A stretch of DNA of 40,028 bases from Candidatus Omnitrophota bacterium (GTDB lineage Bacteria; Omnitrophota; Gorgyraeia; JABMRN01; RBG-13-46-9). The stretch covers positions 1 to 40,028 of the forward strand of contig JAUWBJ010000004.1 of NCBI GenBank assembly GCA_030605095.1, written 5' to 3'. The notes beneath the pieces are model-generated. The model had not been told where the DNA came from and did not search any database. It was given only the letters and a program-made list of their open reading frames with translations. Of this stretch, positions 12,001-18,021 are shown in pieces. Both the position numbers and the translations under genes were made by a program. Position 1 is the first letter of the stretch. The number at the start of each line of letters is the position of its first letter.

Positions 12001-15000
12001 AAAGAGATTTCAGAGTTTACAAATGTTCTGGATGAGCAATCTCCTCCCATGACTATACAGGATGTCTACTCCTTGCTTTATTCGCCAACATTACGTGAGG
12101 GAAATGCGAATGCGTTTGTTATTGATGACGGTAGCCTTGAGGGCTATGAATCAAAATTGATAGAAAAGGCCTCAAGCGCTTCTTGCCACATAGATACGCG
12201 GCTGGCAGCTATTAGTGTGCTGGGGATGTTTTTTGATAGTGCGAATGCGCTGGGGGCGTTGAAGGAGTTGGTGGGAGGAGATACCGGATATCCACGAGAC
12301 AGTGATGAAGACAAACGTATTCGAGCAGTTGCGAAACATCCCCCGGCTGAAACTGACGACGACACAGCTTCTGCCTCATGGACGTGCGATCCAGAGGCCG
12401 AGGGAACCCTGCCACCAGGCATAAATAAGGATGGGAGAGTCGTCCGAGAACAGGAAATCCTCCAAAAAGCAGATGCCGAAGACGGCTTCACCATACACAA
12501 GATTACAGGTGTGAATAAGGAATACACCATCCGCATCGCGGACTCAATCCTGTCGGATGGCCATTTCCGGGCAATCTTACAGCGTGCACTAGCCCAGGCT
12601 GAGAAGGAAGGCCTCGACAACCGCATCCCCCTTACCTTCATAGATGCAGACTTTATTGTAGACTCTGACGGCAATGCCCACCTCGCAGGCGACTGTAAGA
12701 TGAACAGCATCGTCGCCCTCAAGAAACGCTACAGAGCCATCCTCCAAGCCGTAGAAGACCAAATCCCAGGCGCCAGCGACATCCTCCTCCAGGTCCTAAT
12801 CGAGCATGAACTTAGGCATGAAAACCCCAACATCACAGATAATGAGACGCAATTGACTCAAATAGACATCGCCCGCCTCCGTGCTTTACTCGGCGAAGAT
12901 AATCAAGTAATTGTTAATGTTGCGCGTGTTTTTGATGAAATGGAGATTATATCTGACAACTTTGTTGATATGCTCTTGCAATCTGTTGTACGTTCGATCT
13001 ATGATGAAATTAAAGAAGAAACAAGAGAGGATATTACTTTGAGTCAAGTTTTAACGGAAGGCGATGTTTATTGTCTCAGAAATGAGATTGGAAATGTTAG
13101 CGATATTAAGAATAAGCTGCGCGATGAGATAGGTCAATTTCTTTTTGGAGCAAAAGAAAATGAGGCCATTCCGTCTCCGGAGGAAGAAAAGGTTGTTGAA
13201 AATGCACTGTCTTTAGTCAAAGAAAAGATCGAGTCTATGGGTTATTCGTATTCGCAGCCCAGGATTATGTACGTTAAGCCCGGTGTGTTTCCAGACATAG
13301 CCTATTTCTTTAGATCTTATAATACAGTGGTTCTTCAAGTTGGTCAAGACAGTAGGAATTTGGAAGGTGATGTCATACATGAAGTCCTTCACGGAAATCA
13401 GCGTGGATTTGCACCAAGAGTTCTCTCTGATGGAATGACAACTTACATTCAAGCGATGATTCTGATGGAACGCGACGGAATTCGAGATTTCTCATTAGAA
13501 GCTTTTGGCGAAAATCTTATGAGAATTCTGGATGGATTTGATGATTCAGAGATAGGACCGTTTAGTTATCCCTATGAAGTTTTAACAATAGCAGTAGCCG
13601 TGGATTCTCTTGGACTTAAACCATTGGCAGATGCCTATTTCAACGGCGATTACACGGGTATTGAGGGGAGCATGCATAAAGAGAAATGGCAGGAATTAAT
13701 TGATTTGGCTAACGATTTTGAAGGCAAAGAATATGAAGAACTAGACCCGTATTTAGACAGTGTCTTGGAAATTTTCGGTCGAAACGCCATAGAAGCACTC
13801 GGGCAACTCGGCACGCCGGAGGCAGCTCGGGTGCTAACTCGTTTTGTTAAAAGTGCAAGCGACAGAACATCTGAAGTTGTGCAAGCTGCTATTCAAGCTT
13901 TGCATACCGGAGAGTATGTCGATAAGATGGACACGCGCAGTGAATTTGATGAAAACGGCAGAATCTCGCAGGTAATCGACAGACACAGCCGCGTAATCGA
14001 GAAATATGAGTATGAGGGCGACACGGACGAGATTAAAAAGGTGACGCTCATGAATGTGAAGACGGGCAAGACGGTGGAGCTAGTAGTGAGCGACCCCGAT
14101 GCGCCCATATTTACTTTCGATGTTTACGTTGATGGTGAAAAAATTGAACTTCTGCAACCCCAACCCGATGTTTATCAGGAGGTTTCTTTAAGAGTTATCT
14201 TAACCACTAGAGAATATACAATTGGTAGGATTAATTTGGGAGATTTTCAATTTCAAGACGTAGGAACAACTATATTCAATTGGCTGGCTAATCACGCATT
14301 GAGAAATGGTGTAAATAAAATTGCAGTTAATTATACAAGTAGGCCAACCATGTTTCATATTATGCAGTCTATTATTGATGAGAATCTGGGCGATATTTCT
14401 ACGGAAGAAGGTACGTTTTATGCAGAGACAAAAGATGGAGGAGGTATACAAATCAGAGTTAGCAATGGAATTGTTGAAAGCTGTGACATAGAAGGACTAG
14501 AAAGAAAGACATTTGAGATCGAGGATAATAGATACGTTAAAATAGGCGGCGAAATTATTGGCGAATTATTGTCGTTTCCGGCGATAGAAATAAAAGGGAC
14601 ACCCAACCCCTTTAACATATGGATCGACCCATCCGGCGCAATAACGCAATACTGGGCGAAGAGCCAGGAGTTGAGAAGGAGGATTTACAGAGATGGCACA
14701 CAGGTAGATTTTGTCTATGATGGCGATGAGCTCACCGGCGTAACTGGCACATATGAGGCGCTCGATAATGCGGCGAGAGATACTGAGATGGCGGAAGTTT
14801 GTCCCGAATTCCGCCTGCTCGCAATAGAGGCGCTCGCCGCACTCGGCACGAAGGAAGCAGTAGAGTCTATTATGGATGTGATTGAGAGCGTGGACCCAAG
14901 CAAAGCTGCCGAAAAGGAACTTTGTAAAAAAGCATGTCAAGCTCTTCTGGATATGACTCTGGCTGCCGGCCAGAACCTCGGCGAATTAATATACATGCGC

Positions 15001-17130
15001 GGCCAGCAGTTCTTCAACAACTGGGCAGAAGGTCTAAAGGCTCTTGGCAAGCGATATATAAAAGACCCAACAAAGTATAAAGCAACCCATCTTCCCAATG
15101 ACATCATCATCCTCAATATCGACCATCCCGATCATAGGACTAAAAGCGCCTCTTGGAATTCTAATTGGGCGTTTGTTAATAAGGTTATATTGAATGAACT
15201 AAAAAGAGGAAAGACAAAAGCAGAAAATGCCCAATATGCAGAACTGTATAAAAAGATAGATGAGGAGATTTTATCGTCTCATGATCATATGCATTCATTG
15301 ATAGACTATTTAGGATATTATTATGGAGACTTCGTTTTTGGCTATACACAAATAGGAAGATATTTAAGCAAGATTTTAGGTGAAATTCGTAAACTTGGAT
15401 TGCCTACTGAAAAAGGAACATACTCTCGGATTATAACTGAACTGAAAAAAGGCGCACTCAACTACAACGCCATAAAAGCCACGATTGCGCATGAGAAGAC
15501 GCATCAGGTAATCCTTTCGAAATATGATACAGAGGAGTACTGGGATGTTGTGAATATGTTTACCTCCGCCGGCGAAAATTGGAGAAAAACAAAGAAAGAG
15601 TTCTACAGGAAACAAGTGGAGCATCCTGGCTTGGATGACAATGACATAAATCTGATGTCGGATGCCCAAATTGAGATGGCCTTAGCTCTCACAGGCGATT
15701 GGGGCGAGTCCGAATTCACCGATACCTTTACGGCACCACTTATCGGACAACCTGCCATTCCGTTACTTTTCTCTAGAGGCAAGGTTATCAGACTGCGGAA
15801 GAAGACTGACACAACATTTGAAGTTACATTTGATGGTATTGAGACATATACAATCGGAATACCTGGCCAGGATGAAGTGGTCTACGTTCCAACTAAAGCC
15901 ATCACTATTGAACTAACAGATGGTGGACACTTCCACATCAAGACTAGAATTGTGAACAAACGAAGGCTTGTCAATGAGATGCTCGGTCTCTTCATCAATA
16001 ATAGAATACATATGACAAGACACGGAAAGCCGAAGGAGGGAAACGAGACCTTTGTGGCGAATGTCTCAGCTATCGTGGAATGGAGTCGGAACTTTAATGA
16101 GCCGGCTAATGAAGGTAATTCTATAACGCTCCTTACCCCTCGGTACAACAACGTTAAGATCACAAAGAAAGCCGGAAATATATTCGAAGTTGAGCCTGCC
16201 GGAAAAGACCCGCTCACAAAATTAATACCGGCCAACGGCCAAATCTCTTACTTCCCCGAATACGGCATTATGATTGGCAGAACAGAGGCCGGTCAGCTCT
16301 ACATCAAGATGCTCAAAGACGAACTTATGGACATAGGGCTTAACAAGCCCTTCAGCGCTGCCCTCGATGCCGCCTCAAACGGCGTCGACGACGCCATCAA
16401 CTCCTCGAGCAGAAGCGATGATATAGTAAATGACATAGACAGGTTCGCAGAAAAGAGATCGGTTACGCAAGCCGAAGTTATGCCGCCTGTTATCAAGCAG
16501 TCATTCCTAAGAGACCTTACCAAGCCCGAGCAGTTAACCCAAAACATGATAGAGGCAATACTTTCGATTCTGCTTTCGGGGAAGAAGTTAGTGCTGATGT
16601 TTGATAGCGGAATAGGGGGCTTACAGAGCTCCTCTCCTTTAGGTGTTTTCAGAAGCTTGAAAATGCTTAAAAAAAACAAAAACTTCAAAAAGCTTTTAAA
16701 GAATCTTGTTATTGTCGAGACGACGGCAGAGAATATGCATAATAAAATCCAGAAGTATTTCGGAGAAGAAAATACCGAAGTACTTGTATATGCCAGAGAG
16801 TCAGAAAGAGAAACATTACAGAAGCTCGAAGACAAAACGAGAATAAATCTTTTCTATATCAATGAAAAGGGATTCACGCCTGATTCATGGTACCCACTTA
16901 CCGAAATCGTAATGCTTACATTGGTCAAGCACCTAAATGGTTATAGCAAGGATGAATTACTTGCTAGCATTGACAAATCAAATATAAAGCTGGATCAATT
17001 AAATATAGCGTCGATAACAGGAAATGAAGTCATTTTGATATTCAAGCTTTTGCCCAATGCCAAGCCGTATAGTCCGCAGGAACTAAGGAAGAAAAACGCA
17101 AGACTAAAACGGCTTGTCAAATCGGCATAA
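1..17130 (+). CDS. Giant multidomain protein (>5,700 aa, 5' end outside window): coiled coil, TM helices, 7 XRE HTH, 5 HExxH motifs, DUF218-like, PTA-like, GNAT-like, HEAT-like repeats
   Basis: Frame +1 has no stop from base 1 (CAG AAG CTC...) to TAA at 17128-17130, so the TTG at 109 in the ORF track is not the true start. Domains were recognised from motifs in the translation. Confidence 0.93.
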   Translation, partial: QKLKSLEDRDILPKLAEVRKTENALEKAHEYEKTGDLRRALRKINKALGKKPKDTTELLAAKKRIARIIKRNRMVSHAEKLFDTDDLEAAENALKELEVHFCGPNIEVTEEVMQKKTGSDKEGFKAWQQLKVSINNLRQQAEKRKEQLNKAELLLEKEDFAGAAAKVDEATKYGGPSTDTNSLLKRIEDTERQKDNIAIIDTSLDEIKADLNENKIDIEDLGDYTSRLEGQMKKIQKIDWKNYKQKLEKKSGQIQRSITSKRKSISKINQGRKSRIIQRLGELGNELKTLEAPKDIVALKKKVATQKNAVKNVLSRNIRKELTLSCEVLKVKIESKANQAVEKRIKEIPESLHAVDEEIPEAQTLEETRALRERLNAVNRGINQVLQEEEKERLLGLYQEVSGRLSEKHEDLKKKVGNETRKIETALRTLDGQFMPKYADLSREELEELKKEIDEVPSTEAQERLRKSVAEVRESIDNKLELYKKTIREKKIIDEMKRTIQIHINAVKGWYITERNGMLNTGVTPEQVAKGGYELLNRLDRTVPVSAEFYDKYEKELNAAVAAKNKALEEAKKERETSRPVEERQVRQEAEEGALTYLANLEEKIDQAASPSELRKLQQAIEHIPEDIWQCLSSEQRMDIKEEQARMNSDIDTILAEKKEAAASVLAGLPKKYKKLNAAVRKLINATMRGDEKAAEEAHAKIAEEYAKVVEDMDPDDKQKYQDAISFQQKPRGKTAFVITRLLVILVPLVVLAALGIHYWPQISPYIQEALRHYQVSIGASGLHQTVQYASVIPNNLLINIIGLIILGFHFFSKYLESMEFLLSEENPTLHTTPSPHLGWLPLGSPFTAFLSGVPAGGRQDRESQPDDDAIANGDEVSGEELSGDELLYAEIYKLTSILIGNPDKAERQEAGEELYQIRQSQPELVDSKIEYMMEEAGKVGTEAKAIGRRIEILRLVIKGVSQHRVEIDKEIGNGMVSRWEEGKRNISAPNLKKLADYFDVKPTLIYRGKTLIEAIKETRPDARGGRIRILRYSKGFLQWELARELGVTRQAVTAWEENQPLKPASLLILANYFGRDESIFVEEPTLIYKGKTLVDALKDASTIGEKIVILRYSKGLRIEGLADETGIPLKYLSDYERGLKPPEPEDLAILADYFELDLTLLDKAASPEEIVILLINKLERARIATMMERIVRALNSVSLKKTFMAYDIYYTSQAIRDKIARFMPFIETGSYPVGITMKNGVTLLPDNMLTNPHVMSQVEDKYGDNFWSDAQATVDFLTESDPLPEKADLIMVLRGEDLELAREAARMFMAGKASKILLSGGQGQRISEDRESEAERYREEIKAVIMDEYGKDEFDAEMIIRNNVLIVERESDSLIYDMIHSLYTLEGEAWWIDPPRSRSVILMQTPLLLKRSAATFLKQFPENVTLYRHSYKTINLAAESDLIKRGEIIAEAWDELERLEKYGPGSSGTGDAVGVRMPAQVQAFRDNVTPILEAMRTALFFHEMLHVVLNSIYSESPEDNAVLTAVAGLGSGFDWSRLRSELGVMGWQRGEESLTEYRVRLLNEALAKILELEYLSRRDWPTGDFSAKLQSLYNLLGLTDDDSRDFWMKRQPTDTALTGLQQAIHDTFMSHDLLNPHRLAAIANGDELSNEDEQLSKDIYILSDTLINSSDKAERRKDGERLYQICKSPEVNPFSLIKYMMGKAETIGRRVECLRFINNLTPEEPESASGVSADVIEKLENDGYVIYPPGALFKLAEYYKIDPILIYKGKTLMNAIKDTARDDIGARIRILCHSKGKTQEELEDILGVNRGFVAQWQNNVVRPSLQYLAKMSEYFDKEVIIIYKGNTLTEALKSAATDGEKIDILRHSKLLTQIELASGIAVRGISESTISGWENNIIPLNVEDFLIVADYFDVDITLLCGMETREAIKAALTVIAIPEVDYRRKDKIATILHKIGISSKTGRPLEDGIFAISQDEMDNITRHVDPAERIGLHEYTLGGGLVLHTQDASEKEVREGLAHACNRTIFTEDWDEDTQKFNGDTAAFLDSTICISDYDFYEELKVLFNIPVACVEANTNVEKQYAYILDEALAKLTVYEYLKKENTPLTRREGDNLTQLIKIFDLEYDESTYRYTSKTLEGFNSLRQRIFDAHELHVKPILAAIANGDDLSDEDEQLIYILSDILINSPDRAERRKAGERLYQICQSRTEILDSLINDLMDKVAGVGRKIEILQYLNNVTQVALADDIGVTVSVIEDWEEEFEIPAQEDIDKIADCFDMELVSLNPDDDSITPDSQGKDKGPIIKSILIAILSFLSLSVLLAMKPQGEIGWALPVTLILLTILLTAVIYGVISAIGRIVKRKQMMYLFTMPETSKFRPGEQILFASCDTYVDRLDEDKIGTFLEKIARTIEKAAKVYEKRTGKKALVAALSYATTKQGARLSRDPFVRYMEKAVEIVRERSPRINVLGVTQFDAAIRRKVFLDKTKSNFAPKGFPVNVFVFPNSQSFEIAKDVMDFFRSNPTIGEKSELPGKYLEELERIAESKQARIVIPESTNPLVLAAVARFLKKELGEVVLLGKRSEIISVASEKGINIREAEIIDPEEDPEELNEIVKYYCERQALGERTKKAKEVARRILKRKVVRYGAGMVALGKADCMVAGSVYDSADVITAIKMLVGMDEDVETLSGGFLMCSQSKDVGTDGKLILSDIAFTECPKDAKELSDIAVNTAQDVATYIGPNVKLAFVSGKNVESSKIREAIEITREAIGNKFDIDGSITIDGPIGLDEALKGGYNAIIFPDLNAANSAYKMLQGICKFDGLGIISGECSKPVFDMSRGADINEIYSSMVLACCGVKAKSPDDVQTLINTIESESGITTKSQKRIQAAAQTLNNLPQSANFLEYGVHLVPQSVLDKIADVLPSIEVDPDNPARGLAMKSGIILISKFEEPITPAEKEYLRMRYGTDWISADEPTKKAWRQDMRQSVFIHEIDHQIFDTILKNNPELIKNALLTQVVTHVKGTSLLGVTDKNELIALLKDSEELKSLNKELARFDQLMFLRDLLDVNGKIAFDASAKPGDEWLKLKIVLGIREITRTIIRGDKSKEITGLFSSNNSIFALMDEIDRISFENGLMSPGLLHAIADGEINVALIVDNYISSNPEMADLRSALVEILEICRDIDVLIQVRDMLKENLITKNDVRHRLILISHSEDYKPDETFEAIHRMLSEGLITTEDIETKLAPLAERAEHSAFLAFQTLYHMLKRAKEEGVDKETAFERLQAVADEVGDDAGYVFHQIWDNWMKYWSERRQAYAMTFDDIPTYILPVAQKCKDWTAFYLSVQEYVINKEELLKVLSLPLTGRKAAKAYELKEELTRDYREPAIFTEAEFDEYIIPIIQKSGLPIRDPVRYVKNMLKDGYITKPQILTHLVPIANNALNSTGKTFGNIYAMLNTGLLTADQIKTLIIPTSENAKRRTGIVLKQAYELLSGEEESTLPLSYIMTVSDIPVLGNLQTSDGLRQELDKFKSNMLGSGATKEAVVSYLHDLLSLDCNKENITQYFFILRSRIGKINADLFVARYEPLRNKLGDDISWLIPAFADLFGVDTARGNTRFISNTEFNRILDKIETGLEDIKQLVEVSVSKEPILYNLLLAKLLMYGNIKELVYRDESPYRATLALKNLNVDAFVNINDWHNVRDALHNIRTKASSTRWSAFGARIRDKIGYYVSDILADDTLVEIYADEIAQVLGDIFGRNGGFEEEFKNVYYMKGEGIEYKLLSRNADELKLGNRTGDCTATNRQNFWSLPTWMSHLGYQILQVYKDGRFVEKMHLIITDSVGVPGITIDAHEAVPQTVESGGRHVSGDPKLIRTREEIFQAGMLMVKKIASRLGIPKDEIYANGISGRKWIKKFYEEDFTTTTHLQHFRFLDGVAPSKYFFDKEFHLPFQDPKIYIQTFGTGQLSPEVREAVSRIEEQLNAYIERHPESELAIAVKEGDRARASQLIAEDENFAKEISEFTNVLDEQSPPMTIQDVYSLLYSPTLREGNANAFVIDDGSLEGYESKLIEKASSASCHIDTRLAAISVLGMFFDSANALGALKELVGGDTGYPRDSDEDKRIRAVAKHPPAETDDDTASASWTCDPEAEGTLPPGINKDGRVVREQEILQKADAEDGFTIHKITGVNKEYTIRIADSILSDGHFRAILQRALAQAEKEGLDNRIPLTFIDADFIVDSDGNAHLAGDCKMNSIVALKKRYRAILQAVEDQIPGASDILLQVLIEHELRHENPNITDNETQLTQIDIARLRALLGEDNQVIVNVARVFDEMEIISDNFVDMLLQSVVRSIYDEIKEETREDITLSQVLTEGDVYCLRNEIGNVSDIKNKLRDEIGQFLFGAKENEAIPSPEEEKVVENALSLVKEKIESMGYSYSQPRIMYVKPGVFPDIAYFFRSYNTVVLQVGQDSRNLEGDVIHEVLHGNQRGFAPRVLSDGMTTYIQAMILMERDGIRDFSLEAFGENLMRILDGFDDSEIGPFSYPYEVLTIAVAVDSLGLKPLADAYFNGDYTGIEGSMHKEKWQELIDLANDFEGKEYEELDPYLDSVLEIFGRNAIEALGQLGTPEAARVLTRFVKSASDRTSEVVQAAIQALHTGEYVDKMDTRSEFDENGRISQVIDRHSRVIEKYEYEGDTDEIKKVTLMNVKTGKTVELVVSDPDAPIFTFDVYVDGEKIELLQPQPDVYQEVSLRVILTTREYTIGRINLGDFQFQDVGTTIFNWLANHALRNGVNKIAVNYTSRPTMFHIMQSIIDENLGDISTEEGTFYAETKDGGGIQIRVSNGIVESCDIEGLERKTFEIEDNRYVKIGGEIIGELLSFPAIEIKGTPNPFNIWIDPSGAITQYWAKSQELRRRIYRDGTQVDFVYDGDELTGVTGTYEALDNAARDTEMAEVCPEFRLLAIEALAALGTKEAVESIMDVIESVDPSKAAEKELCKKACQALLDMTLAAGQNLGELIYMRGQQFFNNWAEGLKALGKRYIKDPTKYKATHLPNDIIILNIDHPDHRTKSASWNSNWAFVNKVILNELKRGKTKAENAQYAELYKKIDEEILSSHDHMHSLIDYLGYYYGDFVFGYTQIGRYLSKILGEIRKLGLPTEKGTYSRIITELKKGALNYNAIKATIAHEKTHQVILSKYDTEEYWDVVNMFTSAGENWRKTKKEFYRKQVEHPGLDDNDINLMSDAQIEMALALTGDWGESEFTDTFTAPLIGQPAIPLLFSRGKVIRLRKKTDTTFEVTFDGIETYTIGIPGQDEVVYVPTKAITIELTDGGHFHIKTRIVNKRRLVNEMLGLFINNRIHMTRHGKPKEGNETFVANVSAIVEWSRNFNEPANEGNSITLLTPRYNNVKITKKAGNIFEVEPAGKDPLTKLIPANGQISYFPEYGIMIGRTEAGQLYIKMLKDELMDIGLNKPFSAALDAASNGVDDAINSSSRSDDIVNDIDRFAEKRSVTQAEVMPPVIKQSFLRDLTKPEQLTQNMIEAILSILLSGKKLVLMFDSGIGGLQSSSPLGVFRSLKMLKKNKNFKKLLKNLVIVETTAENMHNKIQKYFGEENTEVLVYARESERETLQKLEDKTRINLFYINEKGFTPDSWYPLTEIVMLTLVKHLNGYSKDELLASIDKSNIKLDQLNIASITGNEVILIFKLLPNAKPYSPQELRKKNARLKRLVKSA
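2839..3483 (+). other. Three tandem XRE/Cro-type HTH domains (giant protein, module 1)
   Basis: IGRRIEILR..VSRWEEG..KLADYF; RIRILRYSKG..ELARELGVTRQAVTAWE; IGEKIVILRYSKG..LSDYERG..LADYF. Confidence 0.85.
3826..4455 (+). other. DUF218/YdcF(ElyC/SanA)-like domain inside giant protein
   Basis: KADLIMVLRG..AREAARMF..KILLSGGQG..SEAE..IVERES..VILMQTP..KRSAATF follows the YdcF-like motif order. Confidence 0.75.
5122..5760 (+). other. Three tandem XRE-type HTH domains (module 2)
   Basis: IGRRVECLR..; IGARIRILCHSKGKTQEELEDILGVNRGFVAQWQNN; GEKIDILRHSK..ISESTISGWEN..VADYF. Confidence 0.8.
6670..6846 (+). other. Single XRE-type HTH domain (module 3)
   Basis: VGRKIEILQYLNNVTQVALADDIGVTVSVIEDWE..DKIADCF. 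Confidence 0.75.
7084..8556 (+). other. Phosphate acetyl/butyryltransferase (PTA_PTB)-like region: a C-terminal half-domain followed by a full-length domain
   Basis: Half domain: VAALSYAT..TQFDAAI..NVFVFPN. Full domain: RIVIPES..VLLG..GMVALGKADCMVAG..IFPDLNAANSAYKMLQ..PVFDMSRG. Confidence 0.85.
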
Positions 17131-17134
17131 CGAT

Positions 17135-17201
17135 TTTTGGCCCGGGATTAACGGTGGTATCGTCCTTCCCTAAGCGGGGCGATACCCCTCCCGGGCCAAA
17201 A
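17135..17201 (+). terminator. Extended two-tier hairpin after the giant gene (probable terminator or structured element)
   Basis: TTTTGGCCCGGGA / TCCCGGGCCAAAA outer stem enclosing GGTATCGTCC / GGGCGATACC inner stem. Confidence 0.65.
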
Positions 17202-17235
17202 TTTGTTAGTATATAAAAAAGTTTGATGGGGGGAC

Positions 17236-17264
17236 TTGACGATGTAGTAATTGTCAGGTATACT
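17236..17264 (+). promoter_or_regulatory. Sigma70-type promoter
   Basis: TTGACG-N17-TATACT. Confidence 0.75.
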
Positions 17265-17292
17265 TGAAGTAAATTGAGGAGAATAGTGTTAT

Positions 17293-17320
17293 GGCCTTCA
17301 AGGTCGAAGGCCTGTTTTTT
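17293..17320 (+). terminator. Promoter-proximal intrinsic terminator or attenuator
   Basis: GGCCTTC-aaggtc-GAAGGCC followed by TGTTTTTT. Confidence 0.55.
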
Positions 17321-17374
17321 ATCCGCAGTAATTAAAAAGTTTTAAAAAGTATTTTTTGTAGAAAGGAGTTAATA

Positions 17375-17749
17375 ATGAGAGAACTAATATTTAAGAACTT
17401 AACGACTCCTACCTCTAAAAAAAGAGATATCTCCGTAGAAGAAGTTGTAGAGAGAAATGGACTAATTTCTTCAACTAAGAAAAGGTCCATCTATTTTATA
17501 AGAGGGGCCCGTCGTATAAAATCCAAAGGCGAACTCAAAAAATGGATAGATACGAGGAAGAAGAATCCCGATTTAAATAAAAAATTCTTCCATATATTAC
17601 GGAATTATTCGGATAAAAATAAACAAGATAAATTAATGTGCAAGATGAGGGGCTCTTTCTATGTAATCTCAGGCGAGTCCGCATATAATATTGTATTTGT
17701 GCACGCGATAAAAATAAGCTATCGGCAAGCTCATGGCAAGCCGGCTTAA
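17375..17749 (+). CDS. Hypothetical basic protein (124 aa)
   Basis: RBS AAGGAG upstream of ATG; own promoter; no recognisable domain. Confidence 0.75.
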   Translation: MRELIFKNLTTPTSKKRDISVEEVVERNGLISSTKKRSIYFIRGARRIKSKGELKKWIDTRKKNPDLNKKFFHILRNYSDKNKQDKLMCKMRGSFYVISGESAYNIVFVHAIKISYRQAHGKPA

Positions 17750-17760
17750 GGAGAAGTAAA

Positions 17761-17889
17761 ATGCACATACCTATTGTAGAAAATTACAAAAGCATATTCC
17801 ACATAGCGATATTTTTTATCGCTATGTTTAAGATTCACGCTATTGGCAGGAAGTTAAACCTGCTTGAAAAGACATTTGTAAATAAATAA
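17761..17889 (+). CDS. Putative 42-aa small hydrophobic protein (not in ORF track)
   Basis: AAGGAG overlapping the upstream stop, 7 nt before ATG; MHIPIVENYKSIFHIAIFFIAMFKIHAIGRKLNLLEKTFVNK*; followed by a terminator. Confidence 0.4.
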   Translation: MHIPIVENYKSIFHIAIFFIAMFKIHAIGRKLNLLEKTFVNK

Positions 17890-17925
17890 AGCCCACGAAA
17901 TAAAAAATTAAAGCGGGACTTTTAG

Positions 17926-17956
17926 GGGAAGCATAAATTTTATGCTTCCCTTTTTT
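17926..17956 (+). terminator. Intrinsic terminator
   Basis: GGGAAGCATAA-att-TTATGCTTCCC-TTTTTT. Confidence 0.8.
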
Positions 17957-17976
17957 ATAATCTAAACCCTTTTCAT

Positions 17977-18005
17977 TTGACTATGACTTGTCTATATGAT
18001 AATAT
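17977..18005 (+). promoter_or_regulatory. Probable sigma70 promoter of the gpsA-hom-thrC operon
   Basis: TTGACT-N17-TAATAT (overlapping TATGATAAT). Confidence 0.5.
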
Positions 18006-18021
18006 TTGGTCTATATATGAA

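Noticed and set aside
13930-14750. Full RHS/YD-repeat toxin core
   Set aside because: Only a few YD-like strands, and no PxxxxDPxG-terminated RHS core of normal length.
84-16835. Numerous minus-strand ORFs (60-236 aa) within the giant gene
   Set aside because: Antisense shadows of a long coding frame, with Ser/Phe/Leu-rich composition and no recognisable motifs.
17830-17925. Possible c-di-GMP or other riboswitch before the terminator
   Set aside because: Consensus motifs could not be matched; the region is better explained by a small ORF plus terminator.
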